A stretch of DNA of 25,296 nt, taken from NCBI GenBank assembly GCA_963780225.1, contig CAWAAX010000015.1, positions 1-25,296 of the forward strand, in the 5' to 3' direction. The position numbers and the translations under genes were made by a program. This stretch comes from an uncultured bacterium (GTDB taxonomy: Bacteria > Edwardsbacteria > AC1 > EtOH8). The notes below the pieces were generated by a model. It saw nothing but the letters and a program-made list of their open reading frames with translations, ran no database searches and was not told where the DNA came from. Positions 1-8,263 of this stretch are shown here, in pieces (positions within the stretch are counted from its first letter, which is position 1; each line of letters starts with the position of its first letter).

Positions 1-163
1 TTTCTTTAAACCTTTATATATTTTAAGATTGCTGACTTATATCAATTGACAAACAAATTCTTATTATATATTAAAAGGCACATGATTTCAAGAATAAAAA
101 GCACTCCATGGAGAAAAACACAACAACCATTATATCCGGCGCCTGTTTTTTATATCAATTAAT

Positions 164-192
164 TTGACGGGCAGGGCCGTTTTTGCTATAAT
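164..192 (+). promoter_or_regulatory. Sigma70-type promoter of the cyclophilin gene
   Basis: TTGACG (164-169), 17-bp spacer, TATAAT (187-192) with extended -10 TG; 36 nt upstream of ATG 229 and its AAGGA RBS. Confidence 0.8.
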
Positions 193-228
193 AGCTATGG
201 TTTTTTTTAATATAATGAAAGGACCATA

Positions 229-768
229 ATGCAGCAGGATGCACCCAAACCCGGCGACCTGATCGCCGTTATCAAGACCAACCAAGGCGTAATGAAGGCC
301 CGCCTGTTCGGCGACCTGATCCCGGAAGGCGTCAAGAACTTCACCGAGCTGGCCAAGGCCGGCAAATACCGGAATGTGCCCTTCCACCGGGTGATCAAGA
401 ACTTCATGATCCAGGGCGGCGACTTCACCGCCAAGAACGGCACCGGCGGGCATTCCTACAAGGGCCCCGGCACCAACATCGGCGACCAGTACCATCAGGA
501 ACTGTCCCATATCCGGGGGGCGCTGTCCTACGCCAAGACCGCCCAGCCTAATTCCATCGGCTCCCAGTTCTTCATCGTCCATCCCCAGAAGGGCGCCCAC
601 TTTTTGGACCATCCCCAGGGCGGCGGACCGGCCGAGGGTTACAGCGTGTTCGGCCAGGTGTTTGAGGGATTTGAAGTGCTGGACACCATCGCCAACACCG
701 CCACCGGGGCCAACGACAAGCCGCAGGAACCAATGGTCATTGAAGACATAGAGATCACAAAGTTTTAA
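229..768 (+). CDS. Cyclophilin-type peptidyl-prolyl cis-trans isomerase
   Basis: Motifs FHRVIKNFMIQGGDF, GTGG, GSQFFI, YSVFGQVFEG; RBS AAGGA. Confidence 0.95.
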   Translation: MQQDAPKPGDLIAVIKTNQGVMKARLFGDLIPEGVKNFTELAKAGKYRNVPFHRVIKNFMIQGGDFTAKNGTGGHSYKGPGTNIGDQYHQELSHIRGALSYAKTAQPNSIGSQFFIVHPQKGAHFLDHPQGGGPAEGYSVFGQVFEGFEVLDTIANTATGANDKPQEPMVIEDIEITKF

Positions 769-779
769 CAGAAACCCCA

Positions 780-862
780 AACTCAACCCCTTTGCCTCCC
801 CTTCTCTTCCCCCGTTGTTAGCCCCAATATTCCCCAAGAGAAGGGGACGGAGGGGATGAGTT
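780..862. repeat. REP-like long imperfect inverted repeat, possibly terminator/stabiliser
   Basis: Inner arms TCCCCTTCTCTT (797-808)/AAGAGAAGGGGA (836-847) perfect; outer arms AACTCAACCCCT/AGGGGATGAGTT with one mismatch. Confidence 0.75.
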
Positions 863-905
863 CAAAGCAGAACTAGAACCGCTTCACAATAAAGGAGAAA
901 CGCAA

Positions 906-1856
906 ATGAAGACCGTAGTAAAATTGCTTGTTCTGGCTGTTATCTTCGGTACGACAGTTGCTTCGCTGACCGCCCAGGTCCCGGTCAAGCAGGACCTGAT
1001 CAAGATGCTGGAGGCCGTGCCGGCCCCGCCGGCCAGCTCCAAGGATGCCTTTGCCAAGGTGGCCGTGGCCGACGCCGAAGGCAACTTCACCTGCAGCGCC
1101 GCCAAGCTGTTCGCGGTCACCGACCAGCAGTTAAAGGATTTCGAGAACACTTATACCGAACAGGCCAAGGCCGCCATGGGGGCCAACCCCAACGGCGTGC
1201 CGGCCGGAATGCCGGGCGCCGGAATGACCGAAGCCGATGCCAAGCGGATCCAGTCCATGACCAAGGAGCAGAAGATAGCCATGGCCATGGCTATGGCCGG
1301 AACAATGAACCAGCCGGTCCAAATGGAACCCCCGGCAATAAAGGCCGCCCAGGAAGCCTGGATGGCGGTTTACGCCCAGACCCAGGAGGAATTTCAGCGC
1401 GGGGTGGCCATGCAGCAGGAGGAAGCAAAGCTGCAAAGGGAGTACGAACAGGCCCATAGTGAATTAGACTCCCTGCAGGCCATAGAGATCAACAAACTGC
1501 CGCAGCTGTCCACCGGTGAGATGAGCTATGCCGACCCCGTCCTGTTGAAGGCTGTGAAATTGAAATATGCCGACAAGCACATCGCCGTGGCCGACAAGCG
1601 GCTGGCCCAGATCGGGACCCGCTGGCAGACCGAGGTAACGAGAATAAAGACCCGCAACGTCGACTTTCTTAAGAAGCTGGCGGCCTGCGGCTACGCCGAA
1701 GGGGCCAAGAACTTCTCCACCAAGAAGATCCTGTCCGACGGACAGATGACCGTAATGACAGCCATGATGACCCAGGTGGAACTGTCCCGCCATGCCTGGG
1801 AGGAATCGGCCGGCTGGCAGGGGATGAAGAAGCGGATAGCAGAGGATAAATATTGA
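906..1856 (+). CDS. Hypothetical secreted, largely helical, Ala/Met/Gln-rich protein
   Basis: 316-aa ORF, RBS AAGGAG, signal peptide MKTVVKLLVLAVIFGTTVASLTA-Q, GC3-rich codon usage. Confidence 0.85.
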   Translation: MKTVVKLLVLAVIFGTTVASLTAQVPVKQDLIKMLEAVPAPPASSKDAFAKVAVADAEGNFTCSAAKLFAVTDQQLKDFENTYTEQAKAAMGANPNGVPAGMPGAGMTEADAKRIQSMTKEQKIAMAMAMAGTMNQPVQMEPPAIKAAQEAWMAVYAQTQEEFQRGVAMQQEEAKLQREYEQAHSELDSLQAIEINKLPQLSTGEMSYADPVLLKAVKLKYADKHIAVADKRLAQIGTRWQTEVTRIKTRNVDFLKKLAACGYAEGAKNFSTKKILSDGQMTVMTAMMTQVELSRHAWEESAGWQGMKKRIAEDKY

Positions 1857-1947
1857 TCAGAGGCCCCCGTTTTCCATTAAGCCCTGGACAGAACGAACAT
1901 GATTAAGGTACACCGCCGGTATGGTGATCATATTTTAAGGAGGTAGC

Positions 1948-2688
1948 ATGAAACAATATATTTTTCTGGCTCTCCTGCTCTCTCTGCTTTCCGGGACCGG
2001 ATCCGGCTCAGAATGGTTTTTAGATTTCGAAGGCGGGGCGGCCTTCACCGGATACAATGACGTTCAGATCCCCAGCGACAGCGGGACCAGGTTCTCCCTG
2101 GCCGATGAGATAGTCTCCTCGCCGGCCATTGCCCTGCGGTTCCGGGGCGGAGTGACCCTGGCGGAAAGGCATATGGTATTTGCCCTGGCCGCCCCCCTGA
2201 CGGTGAAAGGGGATGGGACCCTGGACAGGGACATCAACTACCAGGGCCAGCTGTTTCACCAGGGCACAGCAGTGCATTCCTCCTACCGTTTCGATTCCTA
2301 CCGGCTTACCTACCGCTACTCAATTGTTGACAAGCCCGCTTTCGGGCTGGGGGCCGGCCTGACCGCCAAGATCCGTAGCGCCGACATCGCCCTGATGAGC
2401 GACTCCGCCTTCGCCCGCCGCACCGACCTAGGGGTGGTCCCGCTGATCAACCTGATGGCCCGTTATAATATGACGGAAAAGGCCGGCCTGCTGCTGGAGA
2501 GCGACGCCCTGTGGTCGCCCTACGGCCGGGCCGAGGATGTTCTGCTGGCCTTCCAATACAGCCCCAGGGAAAGTCACTCGCTCCGGATAGGCTACCGGAT
2601 GCTGGAGGGCGGCGCCGACGGCGGGGGCAAAGTTTATACTTTTTCCATGTTCCATTACCTTACGGCCGGAATAACTGTAAAATTCTGA
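1948..2688 (+). CDS. Putative outer-membrane beta-barrel protein
   Basis: RBS AAGGAGG, signal peptide, alternating aromatic/hydrophobic strands, C-terminal ITVKF beta-signal-like end. Confidence 0.65.
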   Translation: MKQYIFLALLLSLLSGTGSGSEWFLDFEGGAAFTGYNDVQIPSDSGTRFSLADEIVSSPAIALRFRGGVTLAERHMVFALAAPLTVKGDGTLDRDINYQGQLFHQGTAVHSSYRFDSYRLTYRYSIVDKPAFGLGAGLTAKIRSADIALMSDSAFARRTDLGVVPLINLMARYNMTEKAGLLLESDALWSPYGRAEDVLLAFQYSPRESHSLRIGYRMLEGGADGGGKVYTFSMFHYLTAGITVKF

Positions 2689-2699
2689 AAGATAATCTC

Positions 2700-3629
2700 A
2701 TGCCAAGTTTTCAAAGCCGCTTGTTTGTATTTCTGCTGAAATACCGGCACCTGCTGCGCTTCCAGCGCAAGAGAACCACCACGGTCGACGAGGACACTTC
2801 TCTCCGGGTTCTGCGTCAGGAGGTGGATAAAGGCGCGGACTTCTTTGGCAAACTGCCGAAGGGTTTCCACCTGGCCCCGGTCATGATCGGAAGTCTGGCG
2901 GCCGAATGGATGAGACCCAAAAATGCGCCCAGGAACAAGGCCATCCTCTATTTCCACGGGGGCGGGCTGGTGGTGGGTTCCATCCGGGCCCACCGGGGCA
3001 TAGTGGCCAAGTTCGTAAAAAAGTGCGGGATACAATCCCTGTTGTTCGATTACGGCCTGGCCCCGGAGCATCCTTACCCCCAGGGGCTTAACGATTCAGT
3101 TTCCGCTTACAAGTATCTTTTGAATCATGGCATCAAGCCCGGGAACGTTATTTTCATGGGCGATTCCGGCGGCGGCACCCTGGTCTTTGCCACCCAGCTG
3201 GCGCTTAAGGAACAGGGATTCCCCCTGCCCGGCGCGTCCATAGCCCTCTCCCCCTGGACCGATCTGACCAATTCCGGCGAATCCTGGACCTTCAACGCCC
3301 AAAAGGACACCCTGTGCTGGAAGGAATCCCAGACTACTTTCAGCCGGTACTACGTCGGGAAGAACGACCCCAGGGATCCCCTGATCTCGCCGTTATTCGG
3401 GGACCTGCGCGGCCTGCCGCCGATGCTGATCTTCGCCGGAGGCGACGAGACCCTGCTCAGCGATTCCACCCGGCTGGCCGAGAAGGCCAAAGCCGCCGGG
3501 GTTAATGTTACATTGATCGTTGGCCAAGGCCTGTTCCACTGCTACCCCGCCTGCGCCCCGATGTTCCCCGAGGCCAAAGAGGCGATGGATGAGATCTGCG
3601 GGTTTGTCAAAAAGCATCTGAAGGCCTGA
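2700..3629 (+). CDS. Alpha/beta hydrolase, HSL/GDXG esterase family
   Basis: HGGG oxyanion motif, DYGLAPEHPYP, GDSGG nucleophile elbow, GLFH catalytic His; start moved to ATG 2700 just after upstream stop (track start 2511 overlaps previous gene). Confidence 0.9.
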   Translation: MPSFQSRLFVFLLKYRHLLRFQRKRTTTVDEDTSLRVLRQEVDKGADFFGKLPKGFHLAPVMIGSLAAEWMRPKNAPRNKAILYFHGGGLVVGSIRAHRGIVAKFVKKCGIQSLLFDYGLAPEHPYPQGLNDSVSAYKYLLNHGIKPGNVIFMGDSGGGTLVFATQLALKEQGFPLPGASIALSPWTDLTNSGESWTFNAQKDTLCWKESQTTFSRYYVGKNDPRDPLISPLFGDLRGLPPMLIFAGGDETLLSDSTRLAEKAKAAGVNVTLIVGQGLFHCYPACAPMFPEAKEAMDEICGFVKKHLKA

Positions 3630-3692
3630 TGCCTGACCTCGCCGCAAACGACCGGGGTATTTTAAAAGTAAAGCAAACAAGGGAAACTAAAG

Positions 3693-4118
3693 ATGAAAAA
3701 TTATGTAATTGAGAAAAGCACCAGCGAAGAATATGTTTTAGTTAATAAAAGTATAGTTGAATATAATTTATCGAAAGTTCCTTTTACCCAAGAAATACCT
3801 TTCGAATCAATCAATAAGGTTATAAAGGGACCAAATGGGGATATGATAGCGGGAATAAATAGTACTTTATATTGTTGGAATTGCCTGTGTATAGATGTTT
3901 TGTGGGTTAAAGAGGAGTTTCGGAAGGATGGATATGGTTCGGCACTTTTAAATGAAGTAGAAAAAACCGCAAAAGAAAAAGGGTGCAGATTAATTCATTT
4001 GGATACTTTTGATTTTCAAGCAAAAGAATTTTATCTTAAACATGGATATGAGGTTTTTGGGGTACTGGATGATTGCCCTTTGGAGCATAAACGATATTAT
4101 ATGAAAAAGAATATATAG
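3693..4118 (+). CDS. GNAT family N-acetyltransferase (AT-rich)
   Basis: LWVKEEFRKDGYGSALL acetyl-CoA motif A, LDTFDFQAKEFYLKHGY. Confidence 0.92.
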   Translation: MKNYVIEKSTSEEYVLVNKSIVEYNLSKVPFTQEIPFESINKVIKGPNGDMIAGINSTLYCWNCLCIDVLWVKEEFRKDGYGSALLNEVEKTAKEKGCRLIHLDTFDFQAKEFYLKHGYEVFGVLDDCPLEHKRYYMKKNI

Positions 4119-4122
4119 TTCA

Positions 4123-4212
4123 CACTGCTACCCGGCCTGCGCGCCGATGTTCCCCGAGGCCAAAGAGGCAATGGATGAGATCTGCGGGTTTGTCAAGAAA
4201 TATTTGGGATGA
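4123..4212 (+). pseudogene. Orphan 3' fragment of the alpha/beta hydrolase gene (direct repeat of 3537-3629)
   Basis: Translates HCYPACAPMFPEAKEAMDEICGFVKKYLG*; 73/78 nt identical to 3537-3614, all five differences at synonymous third positions. Confidence 0.92.
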
Positions 4213-4267
4213 GACAAGGAAGAATCACTACTGTATCTGATATTCAAATATACGGAACTGTCACAAC

Positions 4268-5149
4268 ATGAATAACAAAATCGTAACTAGCTTTGGCACC
4301 CCATTTGAACGGATATTTATGGGGTTTCTGTCCATCGTGACCGGCATCAATCTGGTCTTTTTGGCTGTCAAGGGCCCATTGTTTCTGAATCAGATCAAAT
4401 ACAAAACTGCAGGGATATTGAACAATCAGCTTATCGGTCAGGACTTGGTAAACCTGTTCTTGTTAAGCACCATCCTGATCATCGGGGGTGCAGCCCTTTT
4501 CCTTAAGAAATCAATCTCGAAATATCTTCTGATCATTACCCCGCTCTATTTGATATATTATGTGCTGAGCTACACCATCGGCTGGGAATGGAGCTCCCCA
4601 AAATACTCCGGCAACAGCCAGGGGTACACATTTTATTTCCTGTTTATCCTGATCTCGTCCCTCCTCATACTGCTTTATTCGCTTTCCATCTTTCCCAAGA
4701 ATGTGGAAAGCCGTTTCAAGAAAAAGCCTCTTATCGTCTATTCGGTCATGTTCTCCTTCTTCTTGCTGGTCTTTGCCTCCATGTGGGTCAAGGAGGTGTT
4801 GGAGGTCATGGCCACCGGCACCACCCGTGCCTATGACATCGCGCCTACCGCATTTTGGGTGGTGCGCATCTTCGATCTGGGATTTTCCATCCCGCTGGGG
4901 TTGGTCAGCGTTTACTTGTTGTGGACCAGGCCCAATACCACCTATCCCATACAATTCCTATTCTATGGCTTCTTCCTTACAATGATCATAGCGGTCAATG
5001 CCATGGGATTGGTAATGTATTTCAACAATGACCCCACCTTTATGATGCGGGACCTGGTTGTCTTCATCATCCTGGCCCTGATCGTTTTCTCCGGATTCAT
5101 CTACATTCGGAAGAATTACAGAATCATCACAGACAAATTGCCCGGATGA
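4268..5149 (+). CDS. Hypothetical polytopic membrane protein
   Basis: 293-aa ORF with about 7-8 hydrophobic segments. Confidence 0.82.
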   Translation: MNNKIVTSFGTPFERIFMGFLSIVTGINLVFLAVKGPLFLNQIKYKTAGILNNQLIGQDLVNLFLLSTILIIGGAALFLKKSISKYLLIITPLYLIYYVLSYTIGWEWSSPKYSGNSQGYTFYFLFILISSLLILLYSLSIFPKNVESRFKKKPLIVYSVMFSFFLLVFASMWVKEVLEVMATGTTRAYDIAPTAFWVVRIFDLGFSIPLGLVSVYLLWTRPNTTYPIQFLFYGFFLTMIIAVNAMGLVMYFNNDPTFMMRDLVVFIILALIVFSGFIYIRKNYRIITDKLPG

Positions 5150-5245
5150 AATCCGTTCGACAATCTTTGAGGCCCGGCATCCAAATCCGGCCGGCCCCAT
5201 AGCCTCCAAGGAACGACAGATGCCATAAATATATAAATTGAAGGA

Positions 5246-6286
5246 GTGAGTGTGAAAAAGAATAATTTGACCTTAAACGGAATAATAATATTCATTGGAC
5301 TTATTTTAATTTCCGGGTGCGCTGCCAATAACGCGAATCAACACCCCCTTCCCAACAATACCAATAGCTTAAAAGTTGCTCTGATGAGTGAAGCCCCCGG
5401 TAGCTACGAACTTACCAGCGATAAAGAAGCGATTAACATTCCCTTCGAGTTTTACGGGATGAAACTTCTTATTCACGGCCGGATGAACGGAAAAAACGTT
5501 AAACTTCTCATTGACAATGGAGTGTTGTGGGATCAGGTGTGGTTTTATAACGGTGAAGTGGATTCCATAAACTTGCGATACAAAAACGACGAGAAAATTC
5601 TTTTGTCCGGCATTGGTGAAGATGGCGGGTCGGTTATGCTGGAGGGGAATAATGTAGATATTGACTTTGGGGATATTCGGTTTATAGATCAGCCCTGTTT
5701 GATATCTCCTCCCGAGGCAGGGTTTAACAGCTACTTTCCCGGAATAAACGGGCAGGTTAGCTCCCTTTTATTCAAGCATTTCGTCGTGAAATTCGATTTT
5801 GACAAAAATGTCATAGCACTGACCAAACCGGATAAATTCAGATATACCGGCAAAGGACAGGCACTGCCTATGCATAAAAACGAAAATGGATCTTATTCCA
5901 TTCCTTTCTCGCTGCAAATGGCAGATTTAAAGACGCACAAAATAAATCTTGATATCGATCTTGGAACGGTATCTCCATTATATTTGATCGAAAACAAAAA
6001 GAATAGTATCCGCATCCCCGGCAACTCGGAGAAAAAACTACTGGGATATGGCGCTTCCGGGGCAATTTATGGTTTTCAGGGATCCATTCAGGCGGTTAAC
6101 ATAGGCAGTTATTCACTAAAAAATGTCCCGGCGGAATTTGTGGAAGAAAAAGCTAACGATGATTCTACTGTTGTCGAGACCGGAACGTTCGGACTTCCTT
6201 TGATGAAAAAGTTCAATATAACATTCGATTACTTTAATCGGAAGATGTATTTTGAACCAAATAAAAGCTTCATTGATTCATTTTAA
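5246..6286 (+). CDS. Lipoprotein with two retropepsin/aspartyl-protease-like lobes (degenerate motifs), AT-rich
   Basis: GTG start after AAGGA; lipobox LISG-C; LLIDNG and DIDLGT at D-T/S-G positions; FKHFVVKFDF and GTFGLPLMKKFNITFDY lobe ends. Confidence 0.7.
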   Translation: MSVKKNNLTLNGIIIFIGLILISGCAANNANQHPLPNNTNSLKVALMSEAPGSYELTSDKEAINIPFEFYGMKLLIHGRMNGKNVKLLIDNGVLWDQVWFYNGEVDSINLRYKNDEKILLSGIGEDGGSVMLEGNNVDIDFGDIRFIDQPCLISPPEAGFNSYFPGINGQVSSLLFKHFVVKFDFDKNVIALTKPDKFRYTGKGQALPMHKNENGSYSIPFSLQMADLKTHKINLDIDLGTVSPLYLIENKKNSIRIPGNSEKKLLGYGASGAIYGFQGSIQAVNIGSYSLKNVPAEFVEEKANDDSTVVETGTFGLPLMKKFNITFDYFNRKMYFEPNKSFIDSF

Positions 6287-6311
6287 TATGCCAAACATTA
6301 CTACCAACAAT

Positions 6312-6344
6312 AAAAGCCCCGTGCTGTAAAACACGGGGCTTTTT
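6312..6344. terminator. Bidirectional intrinsic terminator between convergent genes
   Basis: AAAAGCCCCGTG-ctgtaaaa-CACGGGGCTTTT with A and T tracts on both sides. Confidence 0.9.
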
Positions 6345-6357
6345 GATTTCTTATTGT

Positions 6358-7746
6358 TTAGGCCGGGCGCAGTTCCACCGTGAAGTGCCGCATGATAGGC
6401 GCTTCGTGCACAATGGCGTAACCCTTCTTTATCTCGTTCTTCCGGTCATAAACATTCTTCAAACATTCTGCCACGTACAGCATGTGATTGTCGCTGTAGA
6501 CCCGTCGCGGGATGGCCAGGCGCAGCATTTCCAGCTCCGGATAGCGGTTCTCCCTGGTCTGGGGATCGCGGTCGGCCAAAAGAGTTCCGATCTCCACTCC
6601 CCGCACCCCGCCTTCCTTGTAAAGCTCCACCCCCAGAGTCTGGGCTATGAACTGCTCCTTGGGAACGTGGGACAGGAATTTCTTGGCGTCAACGAAAACT
6701 GCATGGCCGCCCACCGGCTGCTGGATGGGAATGCCGTAGGACATCAGCTTTTCCCCCAAAAGGGTCACCTGGCGCACCCGGGCCTCCAGGTAATCGTACT
6801 CGGTGGCCTCGCGCAGGCCGACCGACAGGGCGCCCAGGTCCCGCCCGGCCATGCCGCCGTAGGTGATGTAGCCCTCGAACACGATGTTAAAGGTGCAGGA
6901 CTTCTCGAACAGTTCCTTGTCCTTAAAGGCTATGAACCCGCCGATGTTGACGATGCCGTCCTTCTTGGCGCTCATGGTGCAGCCGTCCACCAGGTCGAAC
7001 ATCTCCCGCACTATCTGCTTGATGGTCTTGTCCGCATATCCCGGCTCGCGCATTTTGATGAAATAGGCGTTTTCGGCAAAACGGGCGGCGTCGAAGAATA
7101 ATCTGATCCCGTACTTCTTGCACATGGCCGACACGGCCCTGATGTTCTCCAGCGACACCGGCTGGCCGCCCGAGGAATTGCAGGTGACGGTGATCAGGCA
7201 CAGCGGGATGTTTTCCCTGGGATATTTCTTGAAGACCGCCTCCAGCTTGTTCAGGTCCAGGTTGCCCTTGAAGGGATGCAGGGAGGAAGTGTCAAAGGCC
7301 TCGTCGATGGTGCAGTCCAGGGCCTCGGCCTTGCGGAACTCGATGTGCCCCTTGGTGGTGTCGAAGTGGCTGTTGCCGGGAACCACGAAGCCCGGGGACT
7401 CCATGCCCATCAAAGCGGAGAACAGCACGTTCTCGGCCGCCCGGCCCTGGTGGGTGGGCAGGAAGTAGGGCATGCCCAAAAGCTCTTCGATGGTGTGCTT
7501 CAGCTTGTAATAGGAGCTGGCCCCGGCGTAAGATTCGTCGCCCAGCATTATCTCGGCCCACTGGGCGCTGCTCATGGCCCCGGTGCCGGAGTCGGTCAGC
7601 AGATCCACAAACACGTCATCGCTTTTCAGGTTGAACAGATTGTACCCGGCGGAGGCGATCAGTTTTTCCCGCTCCTGGCGGGTGGTGCGGCGGATGGGTT
7701 CCACCATTTTGGTCTTGTAAGGCTCGGCAAACGGCTGCTGCTGCAA
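6358..7746 (-). CDS. tnaA: Tryptophanase (PLP-dependent beta-eliminating lyase)
   Basis: DLLTDSGTGAMS, HQGRAAE, DAARFAENAYFIK, SAKKDG (PLP Lys), IPRRVY; EIG and RHFT match tryptophanase rather than tyrosine phenol-lyase (ERG, RFFT); TTG start after AAGGAG. Confidence 0.88.
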   Translation of the reverse strand: MQQQPFAEPYKTKMVEPIRRTTRQEREKLIASAGYNLFNLKSDDVFVDLLTDSGTGAMSSAQWAEIMLGDESYAGASSYYKLKHTIEELLGMPYFLPTHQGRAAENVLFSALMGMESPGFVVPGNSHFDTTKGHIEFRKAEALDCTIDEAFDTSSLHPFKGNLDLNKLEAVFKKYPRENIPLCLITVTCNSSGGQPVSLENIRAVSAMCKKYGIRLFFDAARFAENAYFIKMREPGYADKTIKQIVREMFDLVDGCTMSAKKDGIVNIGGFIAFKDKELFEKSCTFNIVFEGYITYGGMAGRDLGALSVGLREATEYDYLEARVRQVTLLGEKLMSYGIPIQQPVGGHAVFVDAKKFLSHVPKEQFIAQTLGVELYKEGGVRGVEIGTLLADRDPQTRENRYPELEMLRLAIPRRVYSDNHMLYVAECLKNVYDRKNEIKKGYAIVHEAPIMRHFTVELRPA

Positions 7747-7772
7747 GAAATCTCCTTCGTTAAGTTTATTTT

Positions 7773-7850
7773 ATAAGGAAACCAGGAAGCCATGAGGCCG
7801 TCGGTTTGACATGCTTTATAAGATATTTCCTGATTTCCTGGATTCCTTAT
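7773..7850. repeat. Inverted repeat built from 8-nt units (NNNAGGAA)
   Basis: Left ATAAGGAA-ACCAGGAA-GCCATGAG; right arm reverse complement ATAAGGAA-TCCAGGAA-ATCAGGAA; related copy at 14012-14057. Confidence 0.75.
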
Positions 7851-7863
7851 TGATTTATTTCTG

Positions 7864-8238
7864 TTAACTCTGGGCCATCCACTGTTTCCAAATCTCCGGC
7901 GCATAACCCACAGTGGCCTTCTTGTCCGCCGGAGCCTTGGCGGAGGAGGAGGGGATATGCCTGACAACAGGTGTTTTCAGGAGCAGGTTGTTTTCCTTCA
8001 GCTTTGACTCTACATCAAATTTTTGATATTTTAGATTTAATTTTTGGTATTCTTTCCCTTCTCTGTCCAGCATATTCTCCAAACCCACCGCTTTCTTGAT
8101 GCTCTGGAACTCGCCCTCGCTCAATCCCTTTTCAGTAAGATCAATGAATTGTATCGGCACCCGCCGTTCCTTGAAAAAACGTTGGGCAGCCTTTGTGTTC
8201 TGGCATTTGTTGGTACCGAATATCTGGATGATAGGCAT
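7864..8238 (-). CDS. ArsC/Spx/YffB family thioredoxin-fold protein
   Basis: IQIFGTNKCQNTKAAQRFFKER, DLTEKGLS, LLKTPVVR...ATVGY; start set at ATG 8238. Confidence 0.85.
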   Translation of the reverse strand: MPIIQIFGTNKCQNTKAAQRFFKERRVPIQFIDLTEKGLSEGEFQSIKKAVGLENMLDREGKEYQKLNLKYQKFDVESKLKENNLLLKTPVVRHIPSSSAKAPADKKATVGYAPEIWKQWMAQS

Positions 8239-8263
8239 ACTCTTTAATCGAAGGTTAGATGAT

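Noticed and set aside
46..74. Second promoter from TTGACA at 46-51
   Set aside because: The -10 at 17-bp spacing is TATTAA in very AT-rich DNA; the 164-192 promoter is a much better match
769..6311. Integron cassette array
   Set aside because: No convincing RYYYAAC...GTTRRRY attC pairs in the spacers and no integrase
6358..7746. Tyrosine phenol-lyase
   Set aside because: Has EIG and RHFT, typical of tryptophanase, instead of ERG and RFFT
7747..7863. TnaC-like Trp leader peptide upstream of tnaA
   Set aside because: Short ORFs are MSNRRPHGFLVSL (no Trp) or derive from the repeat arm; no RBS and no WxxxD...P-stop pattern
7864..8238. The missing arsenate reductase of the ars operon
   Set aside because: Spx/YffB-like sequence with KTP rather than the RP motif, about 6 kb away and not under the operator; activity cannot be inferred
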